A DNA stretch of 64,000 nucleotides from Iphione sp. A-MEVVRFRX5. Lineage: Eukaryota. Positions 25,401 through 40,400 of the stretch are shown here, one piece after another (the stretch's first letter is position 1; each line of letters starts with the position of its first letter). The position numbers and the translations under genes were made by a program. The stretch is taken from the NCBI GenBank assembly GCA_976226885.1, contig OZ320315.1:56234001-56298000 (forward strand). The letters are read 5' to 3'. A model generated the notes under the pieces. It made no database searches, had not been told where the DNA came from, and saw only the letters and a program-made list of their open reading frames with translations.

Positions 25401-28400
25401 AAGATACAAGATGATCACCTTTTAAGAGTATCATTATTGTTTATTAGCTAATAACAAGATGCAACTGTTATCAAATCTGTTATTTAATTACCATTTTGCC
25501 ACAGGACAAATTTCCAGCCAGAACCCCTCCTAATACAGCCGATAAGAATGTTTATATTTTCTTTGAAAATGTGAAGTTCCTTCCTGTAAGAACTAGAGTT
25601 ACTCTTTCTACATGTTCCTGACAGATAATGTCTAACTACGAGAGGAATTTTCCTGTCATGATGTGCTGTAGTATTACTGAATAAATTTGAACACCGGATA
25701 TATTTAACTTAGAATCACTACGAATTGATGCGGGAATTGAATGTGACACCTGTAATAAAGGCCAAACAGGCCTACAAATATAGGACTGGAATACGTGCAG
25801 GTCGCTGTAGAAAGCTCCCACGGTATATTCTTGGCAAATTAACAAGGACTGAAGAGAAATAAGAGAGTCCTGTGAATCCTGTGAAAATTGAAATACACTT
25901 CAAACCCATATAGGGCCTTCCTGTGGTTTAGAAAACACCCAAACAGATGTATGGTTGAGGTCTGAGAAACCTTCGTCTCTCCTCTGTTTCGTCTCTCCTG
26001 TCATCAATTCTTTAACTCTATTTCTTCTGTATGGTGACTTTATTTATGATGCATACTCTTTGATAAAAGCGGAGTCTGTATCCTTCATCAAATTTATTAT
26101 AATTACAGCTATAATTATGGTATTTATCTATACCTATTTTCTTTTGTTCATATTACTATAAGTAACATGCATCATTGGTGTTATAATTGCTGCTATTCTT
26201 TATTACACGAGTATAGTAACGAGGAAATTACTTTCATTTTTATCATCATAGAAACTAAACGTTCATTTTATAATATTTCATGCAGTGGAACCTCAATAAT
26301 ACGATCAACCTCCGTTCCAAGCACAAATGGCTGCAACAGCCTGTCGACCCTTATTCCTTAATAATTATGTTTAAACTCTGCCCATGCCTCCACCCATTTG
26401 CAGTATTTCCTCAATGATTTTACCAACTGGAGCATACACGAACACTGATCGCTTGTTATTTGAATACTTTTCATGGCTGCTACCTGTTCTAGTGTGGTTT
26501 CCTTTTCATTTGATGACACCTGGTGTGACCGTATTGTTGATGTAACGTGTTGCTTTCATATCAAAGCTGGTTCGACCAGAGGATGAGATGGCTTTATTGT
26601 TCAGTTGACGATATTCCTGGGTGTTTTGTATATGAAAATATATTTATAGAGGAAACCCTCTCTTTCAAGCAAGAGGAGCCACACTCACATGTTGACCCTA
26701 TTTCTGAGCTGACCGTACAGTAAGGTTCTATTGTATTTTCTAGCATGAAATGATCATCCAAAGAAACATATCAGCCTGACATGGCGGCGAACTACTATTT
26801 CAAATAGTTCAGTCCAGTGTGTATCTATACAAGATAGCCGGAAATATGGCAGATCGAACAAATATCAACTCAGGTTCAATTCTGGCACATGTTCCTTTCG
26901 CAATGTATTCTTTTCTGAAGATCCATATTGTAATACATTGTAATGATGAGGCTTCTTTATCAAGTTCACTTTAGAATACCATTGCATCGTACGATTGAAG
27001 CTTACTAAACTGTCTTCCTAAGGATGACCCAATGTTTTAAACGTTTGGAAAAAATCTTTACAATGCTCCTCAGTTGATCTTCCGTATTGCCTGACATGGC
27101 CTTCCTGGATGCAAATCTTTAGCACAGAGTGTAAATTGTGGTTTCATGAAGCCCCTATTTCTGACTACAACCCCGATTTGAGCTTAAATGGTTGGAATAG
27201 TTAGAACGGTTAGAAATCGATTTTGGGATGGATCAANNNNNNNNNNNNNNNNNNNNNNNNNNNNNNNNNNNNNNNNNNNNNNNNNNNNNNNNNNNNNNNN
27301 NNNNNNNNNNNNNNNNNNNNNNNNNNNNNNNNNNNNNNNNNNNNNNNNNNNNNNNNNNNNNNNNNNNNNNNNNNNNAAAGTGCTTGATTTGACAAGTAAG
27401 ATGCCAAAAAGTGCTGAATTTCATGAGTAAAAGTTCAAAGAACTGTTGACTTTGACAGTTTAAGTCCAGAAAGTGCTGCAATTGATAAGCAAGAACCCTA
27501 AAAGTGCTGAATTTGATGAATTTATGTCCAAAAAGTGCTGAAGTTGTAGATTAATCCCTGTTACCTGGTGATACCTAAGGTCAATATCCCTTCAAACAGT
27601 CTCTTCTGTTAGGGAGGAATGGTTGTGCTTACACCTCTGGCGACACCTTAGTCCTCTGGGAGGACTTAAAATGGTCGGAAATTAAAATACAATAGATACG
27701 ACCCTACACAGTGCATGTGGTTGGAGGCCGAGGTCAGTTGGAAATAAACCTGGTTGGATATCGATGACTTCACATATTGGTTAAGTAGAGACGGTATTTC
27801 TGTTCCCAGCTCAAATGGTAACATTAGCATATTAGGTCAGAAATTGATGCAGTCGGAAATACTGTCTCAACTGTATTATATTTGTGGTTTCTTCAGTGTT
27901 CAGTAATAAGTGTCTCGTGTTACGAGTGGATATTTTTCAGGGTGACTCTATAACTTACCGCTGTCATAAATGCGCATGTACATGTAGAGGGGGAAATGTT
28001 CGGTTTGCTCTCCTTGATTAGTGACCAGGGCAGTGAGCGACCACCACCCTTGTCAGGAAATCATTCCGAACAGCGTCCAATCAGCCTGTTCGTGTAGGCT
28101 TAGTGATGGGAAGAAGACTGTCGGTCAGTTAAGTGTACGGCTCCTTACTCTGTTGCTCTAGAAGCCCTGCCTTGTTACGCTTGCACGAACCCGCCATTTT
28201 CTAGTAGGCAACCTTTGATGGTAGCCATCAAGGGTGGGCGCACAAAGAGAACAGTGCCTGTGGTTCACCTTTCGACAATATGATCTCATTAAATGGCCCC
28301 CTTTTCGGTACTTTCTGTAGTCCTAAGCACAATGGTTCAGAGCAATACAGCAAGATTTACACTGTCACTCTGTGGCCTTAAAGAAGGAAACTATCGTTTT

Positions 28401-31400
28401 GGTACTTGTGCCGCTCTCACAGTGGTACATAATATAGCAGGCTGTCCTTTGCCACATAATTTAAATTAGTGCAGTATCAGTGTAAACAATCGTCTGATGC
28501 CGGGTGGAATTGAATTGAGTCACGTAGTGTCTTTTGCCCATAATAAGATGTCCTTATAGAGTAGACCAGTTGCATGCGTAGTTGGTGTAGAACTACCACA
28601 GTGCCTTTGTTGAGGCACACGATGCCAGTACCCAAAGCACCCATCCCGGCACCCATCGTTGTCGATGAGGCACCACTCGGGTAGCGAAAGTAGACCTTCT
28701 CATGCCCAACTCCTCACCAACCAATCGAATACCTCCGATCCTTGTTACCATGTGGGCCATCCGGAGGCGGCCATGGTAGCTCAGTGCGCGGTTGACGGAT
28801 GGTCCTGGTCTGACTTAATGGGTCACATTATTCCCAAGACCAATAGCGAACTTTGGAAGAATTTCCACCATCTAAAAAAGACGCCGCCTAGAATAAATGA
28901 ACATACACAATTTTCTGTTTGAACATGATACAAGTATGACCACGGGGACTGTATTCATACACATAGATTTTTTTTCTCGGTGTAATAATTGCACAATCGT
29001 CTGAATGGCTTCGCTTTTCAGACAGTGACGTCTCAGAAACAACACCAAATGTTCCCTAGCTGCTGCAGCTATTAAGTCAGTGCACTGAAAAGGAATCTTC
29101 TATGAATAGTCCTCTTGATCCTATAGGGATCTTGCTACCTTTAGGGGGATTACGTCTTGTCACCTGGAGCCTCTGTAATGACAGTTAGGTCGGTTTTCGT
29201 AGTGATCGTGCTATTGGTCCTTCTTTAAAGATAGCATCAAGGACAGGCCATCGTCATAAAGGTTAAAGACATTGGTAATCTGATATTTAACATATTGAAC
29301 AGATCGAGATCTTTTCAAGACACTACAAGGGATGCGCCGTTTTCTGTATAATATAAAGTAACTAAGTTTTAAAACAAAATATATTATTATTTTTTTATCA
29401 AACATGCACTGTTTGTCGATTGTTAGCTGAAAAAAATTGCCACCAGTAGCGCACTGGTTGTGAGGAATAATGAAAGGCATAATATACGTACATATATAAT
29501 TGCAAACAGCCATATTCATTACTCGACATATATCCATAAATAATGACGAGCTTTTAAGCAAGGGAAAGCTCTTGCAATGATGTGCAGAAGCCACAATTGA
29601 GAGATTGTGTTACTGCGCTGCGGCAATTTCCTGGCAACTGGGCAGTCTATCCAAGAGGCTGCAGTGCTATGGGGCTTTTCAAATGCACACCGATAACGTC
29701 TAGTTACAGGAAGATACAAACAGGGACGCTGTGTCAGGGCTTTACTGACAACTTCTAGCACTGTGCCTGTACTGTAGCACTCAAGCCCATGCGGCGCTAC
29801 TCTCGTCGTGGAGAATAAGCTGGTGTTTATGAGTCTCAAGGGACTCGTCAGACCTTGCACTGACAGCTCCGACAAATATCTCCAGCATGAAAAGCCTTGT
29901 ACTTAAACCATGAGTAATTCGCTGGTATGTCGGCTCAAAGAAAATTATGAATAATGTACGTCCATGAGAAGAGCAAGCGGCTGTAAGATGTAAAGGAAAA
30001 TCAAAAAGCGAAACATAACACTATTTCATTAAATAATATATGCTTTTTGCGGGTAGATACCAGATTATAAGTGCCTGTAAACGTTTGTAAGAGTTATACA
30101 TAGTACGGTGTATTCAATACCTATTCATTGAGAAGATGAGACGACATTTCCAGTTGTCACATGAGGACCTTTATAAGGGCTTTGCAATAATGAGTACCTG
30201 CTTTAAATAGATTTGTACTAATCTAATTACAGTGGACTGAAAGCCCTATAATATGCTAAAGCAGTCATACATTAAAGGACTATCTAATCACGCCGTGTCA
30301 TCTTAAATTGCTCCTGTGTTTCCGGCCACCATCTATTAAGAGGGACTATATTTCGCTCGAGTCATTACCATCCTCCGCGAGACAAAATTAAAAACGCATA
30401 TCCATTACACGCTGCAATATAAATTGGTATAGATACTTTTTATTTAGTCTAATGACCTACGTATATATTTACCCAAACACTATATTATCGTGCGTGTACT
30501 TATACACATATATCGCATACTTACCCGCTTCTTACCACTGTAAAAGTAAGGTGTGGATTTGTATATTTTCCCACTATCCTCCCTATTCTTGGGACAGCAG
30601 CTCGCTTATTTGTTGCGCCACTCGCTGTCTCATTGGAGCTGGCAGGGCGTCCATTCATACACTGCTCCATTATTTACGGTTCGGTCATACGTCACTCAGC
30701 GAAGACCGATTGTCCTCATATTGCCTTCAGAAGACATCAATTCTTTTTCACTGGAGCCACTCTGTAGTCTAAGCAATGTCATAGACGTCGGCATTACGAT
30801 GAGCAAAAATGTGTACTTTAAGGTGAATGAAGGAAGAAATGAATAACCACGGTTGAGTGATTGGGATCATATTGCCTAGGACCTATTGTATTATCTTGTT
30901 CCCAACAAGGCAGGTGTTATGATCATGTTTCCAGTAAAGGCCATGGACGATAAGGTCTTCATATATATAACAGCCTGTAACTTACAATATGTTTCAAGAC
31001 CTATTATTTTACAAAAAGAGAAGCCGGATGTTCTGCCGAAATACGTCGTAATCTGTCATCCTTACAATAGGCTGAGGTAGACTTTCGAACGTGCATCATT
31101 CTCGCCGATGTTAGAGTGTTTTATCTGTAACGACCATGGATGTCGTGAGACCAGCCAACCTCAAGGAGGTGCACCAGCCAATCAGATAGTTCCTGATTAC
31201 AGGGTAAGGCACTCCTCCGGCAGACCACGGGTGGCTCTCCAGGAACAAGTAATGTTTCCGGTGGAGGGCCAGAATGCAAAATAATGGAAGATACTTTGGT
31301 AAAAACAGTCGCTTGTGACCAGAGTTGATAGAGTTTTATCCCATACAGATACATGTACATATTTTATCATTCTCGGATAAAAATTCTCTCATATGTACGG

Positions 31401-34400
31401 CGGTGGTAAAATTTATGATATGTACAAAATAAGCAAAGAAGGAAGGGAATCTCCACACACTCACGTGGAAGCAGATAGAATGATATATTTTCTGTCACCT
31501 AATTGCTAAATACAGCACCAAAAAGCTGAAAATGTACGACAGATATGAGATATAAATTGGAGTGTATGTAATATCATAAAAGTAAAAAAATTACAAAGTT
31601 CTCTGAGTCAGAATAACTAAAGTCAGCGGCCAACCAGCAAGTTGACACAGGGAAGTAAAGAAACAAAGACGTAATTTTGAAACTGAGGTGGCATCATTTG
31701 CTGCAGAGAGAGCTAATACGAAATAATAATAGGGAGAGCCATCGTCCCAGCAACGCCATCTCCGTCTAGGGCTTCTAACGCTGATGGTTAAGTTGAAATC
31801 GGTGGAGCATTGGCTGGCATGGCTGGAGTGGTGGATCTCTTGTGGTAACCCGCGGCCGCGGGGAATTACATTCAATTTGCACAACCATGTGGGCGCTAGA
31901 GGCAGCATGCACCGCTCCATTTGACAAACAAATTACTCCCGCCCAGCGATCTCTCTGAAATGTAAAGACGACCAACCATAGTGCATGGATCCCGAAGAGG
32001 GAGGGCAAACAATGAGCGGTGCGGCCCTCTAGTAACTCTAAGGCTGCAGTCGACAAACTCTTCACCGAGGTGCCTCGACATGCAGGAAGAAGCGGTAGTC
32101 ACATATATCAGCACTTCTGGATATCCCCCGAGGCTCAGACAAGCCAGAATATTCCCAAAACAAAGCACTTCAAACAACTGGGAGACGGTAAAAACTATTT
32201 GATTCGTGCAGCATAAGGAAGTTTGCTGTATGCAAGCTATAAATTATTGAACTATCTTCAGTTCACTTTCAGACTCCGGCTCTGATTAATATTGACGCTA
32301 TCTCTATGTCGTGGTCATGGTGGCCGATGGGATATTTGTCCATAAGGTTAGGTTCTTTCGCCGGAAATGACGATCAATAAATTTCTCGCCTCATTCAATC
32401 CGAGCGCCTTTGCAAATATTACCTTCCCGGGGAGGCATTACACAGATTGACTACTTGTGTCGATCCCTGCGTCATTTCATCTCTCCGAGAAACTTTGTCT
32501 CTAGACACTATGAAGTAGATAAAGCCCGGCTTTGCTACTATAGGAATCCCATTAGGCTTGGTGCTACCACACTACTTTGCGTGCTGGTACAACCATCGTG
32601 GCACATGCCAGCTTGGCGGATGCGCTGTTCACAGCTGGAGACCTGTCACGGCTGTCTCTCCCCTCTCCTCCCCTCCGCCTCCAAGCGGTCTCGTACTCCC
32701 CGACTACTCGAGCCAATAATTCCAACAGAGAGACTCCTTCGCACGGTTGGCGACATGCAAAAAAAGGAACTTTCTCTTGAATTGCACCCAGAGTCCATCT
32801 GTAGACGGTAAATGAGATCCAGTCAGGCCCCTGATCTGGGTGCCTGTGGTGGGTTGGTCATGCTGGTTTCACCCCGCAGACACACCATCTGTCTTGAAAA
32901 ATGATATTGAAAGCTTCTGGCTCCCCATATTCTCAAGCTTCCACCGTATGGTTTCAGAGTGTCCGACATTTTCGCTAGTCATTGTCCGGTTTAGAAATCG
33001 AGGCACCCGCATGGCGACCTCGGTGACAGAACGTTTTTATTGTAAAAGTACGGTACCGGTACCTCCACTGATTCAAACATAAGCAAGACATTTAACGAGT
33101 TGCTGTTAAATACGCGTAACACACTCGATCTGTTTCGTTTTTATCTGTACACTAAATGTTTCGGTGGTGCTATTCAACAATCATTCATCTCGACTGTCAT
33201 TGCGGTTTCTGTGTAGATAAATAGTATCTAAAGTACCCCTTTCACAGCACTGCTCTGCGTTTTGTGGTGGGGATGTAGTTCGAACGTAAACAAGTTGAAT
33301 CCCAGGCCTAGATGACAAAAAAACGGGATTTAAATTGAAAGGATACACCATAGGTTGACGCAAGATATCAAAATCAGAAGAAGGTCAATCCTTCTGTCTA
33401 GTCAGAATGGATACTGCGGGTGCCTATCTCGGTTTTTGCTTGGGAATTCGGTGTGAACTACAGTCATTCCGAAGTACCTCACTTTCAGGGCCATGGCTGT
33501 CGGGCCTGTTGCTACCACCTCCCTGTGGCATATAGGCGATCTCGTCTGTCGCCTCATCATATCCTTTCGCAGAATGTCCTATCGACTTTGGCTCTTGAGC
33601 GATTGGTCGCAGCGATGCCTGGCGTGTGGCTTGACCTTTGACCGGGAGGATGCCAGTCGCCCGACGTCTAGTACGGAAGAGCAGGCCAGCGTACATCAGA
33701 GAGACACCGATGGATCGGTCGGCAAGCGGAGAAGCAGGACTTGGAGACACGTGAGCTTTATCCTGCATGCCCGTATTGACGGGTAATTTTGGCCACCAAG
33801 TATGGATCAATAAGAGGCAAGATGACCCAAGCACAGGCAGTCTGAATCACTTCTGTGGCGCTCTAGTATTCGCAATAGGGGGTGATAGAAATAGCAATAG
33901 GCAGGAACGCGTGGAATCTTCGCTGCTGAATATATTAGGGCGACAACGTGTTACGGCGATAACATAAGAGAATAATCGGTACCGAAGTCGAAGCGTTTTT
34001 ATTCACCCGAATCGACTAGCGAAGAATATAAGTGCTTCAGTTCATTCGCATTTGAAAAAAAAATGATAGACCATTCGAGCCACGGCCGAATGACTTGAAG
34101 CAACGTGATACTCTTGGGAATTCGCTGGCACCCAGGCAGTAGGGGTCACTTCCAGGCCCAAAGTAATATCAAAGGCAGATGAATTACCTGAAAGGATCTA
34201 AATCCTTGTGTTGCGTATTACTGGGGAAGGCGTTGTTAAACGGTCCCGAAGCAAGGCACTTCCTTATGTACAGACCGGCAAAGCAATTCAATTTCTCTGA
34301 GACAACATTTTCACATGAGGGGGCAAAAATTCATTAATGATGCAAGTGGGGACGTGGAACTTTTAGACAAGACTCAGAAGCCATGTGAAATTTGAACTTA

Positions 34401-37400
34401 CCCGTTCGTGTTACAGAACATCAGACAATCATTCAGCGGAATCCAATGTCAATAACGAGATGATGTCGGTTAAGCGAGTCGGGTCTGTCTGTTAAACAAG
34501 TCGAGTCCTAATTAAACGATTTTGTTAGTTGAGGTTTGAATGACCCTTTGATCTTTTGTACAGATTTGCTGAGTTCAATTTGGTGAAATTTAGAAAACCA
34601 TTCCATTCTTGCATCATTCCTAATACTGGCACCAGCATGTGTGCCATACAGGCTCTATATCCTCTTATGTGCTGGGAGCTATTTGCATCGAGTGTCGGAC
34701 AATGAGTCTCCCCTCTAGTCGGTCCTCACTCCTGAAGAGTGGGGGATTAGTGCAGTCTGCTGTGTCACCCTGTTTGCGGATAACAGAAAGACAAGTCACG
34801 AAATGTTATATGAACCTCTGAGGGAAACAAACCCTGGAAGACTGACAAGGACTGCTCCTCAATTATCGCTCACCAGGTTCATTGTTTGGTTCATGGTTAT
34901 CAATTATCACGTCCAACTCATGCAGGAGCGTTTTTCACCGGGAGTTCAGTTCTTTCTTGTCGACATAAAGGAAATAATCCAAAAGAGAATAATTTTTTAT
35001 GTAGGCACCAAGACCATATCAAATACGCTCTAGCAGGTTTGTTTTACTGCTTGCGGCATGCATGAAATTGATGCTTTCAGATCAGAGAACTGTAGACGTC
35101 TATAGTTATAAATATCCGACCATTTGTTCAGATAGGCAGACAAAGGCGGACAATGATCGTAACCGTTGGTGAAGTAGCTGGTAAACCATGTCATTCCGGG
35201 CGCTGGCTGACACAAACCCCGGCATAAAAGAATTTTATTTTCTTACGATCCCGTTCCCAGAATTTGACCAGCTTAGGAGCTGGACCAGCTTAGGACTACG
35301 ACCATTTTATTGAACTTTCAATTCGGCATCTCTGTTCACGCTTGAAGTTGTGGTGTCTTCCGAAAACAGCCAAAGTTACATAGATACAAGGGTTAGCCCA
35401 TGCTAAAGGCATGTAGTTAATAGGATTATCTGAGACGGAAGGAAAGAATATAACAGAATAAGAAAACCAAGTCTTAAATAGAGAAAGATAGGTAAATTAC
35501 TGAAGTGTAATTTACCCCCCCCCCAATCTATAGAATATCTACTCATATTACATGTATATGCGAACTACGATGGACAATAGTATTTCTCTACTGAGTCCTT
35601 CACAAAGCGATGTCTCCCATCCATTTTTGACTGCGGTCGAATGATACAAGCTAAACAATAAATCAGAGATGCCATCCAGACGAAACGAAGCTATGCACCA
35701 CAGAGGGCTGGATAAATACGACGCATTGGTCACGAAGCTACATGACTCACGAGATCAGTAAATAACATCTCTAGACTGTTACTGCAGTTGGAGATGATCC
35801 GTCTCGACCATCGCTTGGAGCCAGTCGGGTGGTTGCAGGTTAGTCGGCGAGGAGCGTCCGAAAAGCGGTCAGCACGACCAGATCACAAAACCAAGGAAGA
35901 TCCCATGGTGATCAGGGCTTAACCAATGACTAGGCACCAGGGAGCACCGCGGCCAACCACTATGCTCGTGGGGGTGATGGGTGTTCCTGCTCAGGTTGTA
36001 TGGGAGTATATGACTAGAATGGGAATGACTACAGTGCCTTGGCAATGGTCTACACGTACAGAAATGCTATGCTCCATACCCTGCAAAATGAGTATAATTT
36101 CGCATGTGTGATGAAATTGAGGTCAATAATTTCATTTTTTAAACTGAACCTGTATTAAATATTTAGGTCCATGCTAAATATTTGATCTGCCAGAATGTGA
36201 TCACTGAAACACTTCAATCTGTAATCAATCACATTAAATCTTCCAGAATCATAATACATGTTTTTCTCATCTATGTCATCGTCATCTTTTGAATATTCTA
36301 CACGAGTTGTCAAACTATCCATAAAATACACGCATCGCAAGCTCTCCCTATATAATATCAGGGAGAAAATTAAAATTTCTGTTAGTAACAATTCAAATGC
36401 CGCATCGACGGTGCATTCTGAAGCCAAGGAATGGCCATCACGGGACCACAGAAAACAAACTCCAGGTCATTCAAATATGAGAACATCACAATTTCAACTG
36501 ATATCAAAATATATTTCAGGCAGCTATATAAAAATACAATTAGTCGTAAAATAGACTCGTCTGTGTAGAGCGTAGTGGTATACTACTACGTGTTTTACGT
36601 CTATCCGTTGCGTTCAAACCACCATACCCACTCTCTTCGCCCTGTCCGTATTCTCCATCCCAAGTGCCATTTCTCATTTTGACCTGTCACATCTCACACA
36701 TCTCATCTATTAGAGTCCATGAGGAGCGGACCTGCCCCAACGTTCATGGTACCTTTAAGTCATTTTCAACTCCCTCTCCAGCGCAGTGCTCGGTCTATTC
36801 GGAAGCGTCGCACCTAAAAATCTATGTCAGAGTGTCAGAGCTGCCGGAGAATGGACTGCTGTATAGTGAACACTAAAGTCAATATTTAAGGCAGCATTAA
36901 TGTAGGCACGACCAGATTAGCCCTTCTTTGTCTGATGATAGGCAGTGGAAGAGAGCTATTTGTCATATTGAACAACCGAGAGTCATCCCCTCAGGAAACC
37001 GCTCCGGTGCATATGGTATCTTTCTGTGCCAATCTTTGGGCCTTATCCTATAGAACGCCTGCCAATATTTCTTATTTCCAATTCCCCCCTCTTTATGAGG
37101 GTCTTTATAATTTGGAGCCTTTGCAGGAAAAGAATGATATCATCAAAATGATGGCACACTCTATATGACCCCATATATTTAGTGTTAGAGTTTTTAAAAA
37201 AAGTTTAAGTATGAGTTTGTCAAAGCTCTTACTTTTGCTGATATCTTTGTATATAGCGTTTGCTTTTATTAAACCAAATATGTTGTGACGTTTGTTTGTA
37301 TACAGTGAATGCAAATGAATAAGGATTACGTCGGTCTGCTTGTAAATAGTGTTAAGCCTGTGGCTGAAGCGACCCACTAGATCTACTAGTGTTCAGCTAC

Positions 37401-40400
37401 TACAGCACTGACCCTGTAATTGTACCCAAGAGCTCTTCCCTATCCAAGTAGGCAATCCCTGTGGCGCTGGCAGAATGTGCGTACGATTCCAATTGATGGT
37501 ACATCACGAGGGATCTACGCTCGCCTGCCATCGTGATTAAAGCCAAGCCTGTTTTATATTGAGCCTCTAAAGGAGATTTCGATTCTGATTCAGCAGTTAT
37601 ATTAGCGCATAGAGATGTGACGGACATCAGAGCTACGCAAAAAAAATCTCCTTGGGTGTCAAAACCATTCTGAGCTGTTTTAATTTTCTCACAGTTTAAG
37701 CCTAAATGGTCACACAACAAATCCATTTGCTTGGACTGAATGCACTTTAATTGGATAATGGGACAAGGTTCTCCTAATGTCAAATACCTCACGATTAGGG
37801 ATACCCACTTCAGTGTTTTTGTTATGCAAGCATTTCTCTGAAAACCTTTCATAGAATTCAGTTAGCTGGGTTTTTAATGTGATGGCCTGTAACTCGGAAA
37901 AGCACTTTTGCCGGGCATCTCACAACACTTGTCTCGCTACATAGGGCCTGATCCAATGTCCAATTTCCCTATACTACTTAGCGTCCAACCTTGACGGTCA
38001 AAGTTACGCAACTGCTGCACGTTAAGTCATATGTAAGTAAGACGCCTCCTTGGCGCGTAATCAAAAATGTTAGTATTACCAAACTGACCATTTATACGAA
38101 GTGTTATTCCTCATGTTATATATGCGACTTACATGCAACATTGTCTTCAATCAACAGGGTAACTTCCGAGGCTATTGCATTCTCTATGCGGCTGTCAGGA
38201 CGCAGAAGATTGAGTTCGGCCCGTCTTCGAACTGCCATTACGTCACGTACCTACATGTTATGACGTCGGTGCTCTACGCAGCCATTATGGCCGCGTTGCA
38301 TACGGTTACCATGGTGAAACGTGCTCGTGCAGACGACTTTGGGTAGGTATTCTATGGACCACCTGGAAGGTTTACAGGAGGGATCTTCATCTATCCTCTA
38401 ACTTGCTACTCTCAGGGGTAGAACATTCACAAGGATAGAAGATGTAGTGTCCAGTGCAAAATGTGCTTAAATATGATTTTGATGGAAGAATATCCGGAAT
38501 GGTAATAGTAAATGGGCCTGGAATTTTACGTTGTAATCTAACGATAGATATTAAATAATTGCCATAACTTATACAGACGATGATATTACGAGAAAATGAG
38601 AAGCCTGCTTGTTTTTTTCTCACTTGGTTATGTGTATAGGCCAAGATTCAAGCATTTTCCAGCTAAAGATTTGATTTTTAAGACGTACTAGGCTAAGGAC
38701 AAGGGATTTGGGACATAGATACTCATTCCATCGAAATATTCACTGAGAGTTGAACTATGTATACATGTTGCTTATTCTGTCACGGGTAAAGGAGATTCCC
38801 TTTTATTGCGTCTTTTTCCGATTTTGTGTATTGGACTCTGCAATGGGAAGTCGAAACAAATCATGTGGTCAGTGCATCTAGGTTGACCGTAACAGAGCAC
38901 ACAAAGCAGAAATGTCAAACAGGACGCATAGCGGAACTGAGAGCAACCCGCCGTATCGGAATGAGACCCAGTTTTGATATACATGTAATAAACATTGGTA
39001 TATAAAGTTGCATTCCAACACCTTTATGCAGAGTAGAACTTTCGTTAAATTAGTGGCAGTACGCATTGCACAATCTTACATGAGATCAAATACCTCATGC
39101 AGGGCTAAATTACCACCAGTTACCACATTCACACCACCAACTAGGCATAGCACCAAACCGAACCACATATAGAATTCCCCTCAAAGCGCTTTACCGTGGA
39201 TTCTTGGGAGTAATAAATGCAATTTCCTTCAACCGTGCGATGTGAGAAGGAGGTTGGTGGTCTGCAGGCAGTGCTTATCCGCCACCGACGGGAGGTCAGC
39301 AGAAGGGCAAGACTCGTTGCCTGCCAATGGCGGCCCAGTCATGTACGGATTGGATTTGCCTGTGCCGATTTACAGCTGCTAATGCGAACGCTGGGGGACT
39401 GTAGGCGTGTGATGTGTTGGTTGAATGAAGTCACAGCGTCAAGTGTCTTTCAAGGAGGACTGCGCAGGAGGGCTGCCACGCCACAAAGACCGACCGCGCC
39501 GCCCTCCTCCAAGTCAGAGCACTCCACAAGGGTGCCCGTCGTCGGCGTTCTACGTCGTGTTAATGAGACGCTTGACGCGACCGACGACCTTGCCCTACTC
39601 ATGACCAACACCAGGCTTTGCCTAGAGCTACGGCTCCTGCCACTCCTCAGTCAACTTAACGGCACGAGATGGGCTCCTATCTCCTCGTACAACTAAAGCA
39701 CTGATGTTATAGAGAAATGCCTTGGGTGACGCTGGTAGATAGAAGAGAACAGAGGAAATCGCTTATTCGTATGGAAGGGCTTAGCGGTAGAAATGATTAT
39801 AGAGTTAATCCATAGGACAGTTTTCTACTATTCTAGTTAAAGATTAGACTCCCATACTCCACACATGAGAAAAACTATGATTTTGGAGTTTAGCAGGATC
39901 TGTGGGGCGGTTTGTATAGATACAAATAGAAATTCACATATTTGAATATTTTTTCCGTTGGTCTCGATCCAGCTAAATCACTTTGGTTGACCATGAGCTA
40001 ACAGGAGCTGACCAGTATGATGTAGGAGGTGTCACTACTACCAGCACGCCACCTGATTGTCCCCGAAGGTCAGTAATTATATGACCCCCAGGTGACTGTG
40101 ACAGCGGCCATATTGCTGAACAAACCACGAACTTGTTCATGCATAAAAGTGGTTAAGCTAAACAGAGTTTCTGGGGTAACTTAATTAAGGGGATCACCAC
40201 GGAGGAGTTTCTCTGAACAGAACACACGGGTTGTGTTAATTATGAATGTATAGTGTACGATAGTTTACGTACGAAACCGGTAAGTAATAACTTTTGATAA
40301 ACAATATATAAATCTTTTTAGAGTAACAACTATAAATCCCCAAAAGAATACCATTAGTATTCATGAGCAATTAATAACTATGAGGATGGCCTCCCTAAAT

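Noticed and set aside
26300-27150. Possible Penelope-like retroelement relic (HPGRP..SG..TE on the minus strand)
   Set aside because: Only one short motif; downstream RT and GIY-YIG motifs could not be traced.
28770-28800. tRNA A-box-like TAGCTCAGTG
   Set aside because: No B-box or cloverleaf; likewise the B-box-like GTTCGAATCC at ~49870 lacks an A-box.
31590-33970. Cluster of overlapping 60-136 aa ORFs in a GC-rich intronic block
   Set aside because: ORFs on both strands, no motifs or splice chain; probably decayed repeat DNA.
36155-36427. Acidic minus-strand ORF (EYSKDDDDIDEK)
   Set aside because: No convincing upstream exon or family; weak acceptor.
39217-39696. 159-aa ORF in TMEM179 intron 2
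   Set aside because: Arg/Ala-rich composition typical of GC-rich non-coding frames; no motif or splice support.
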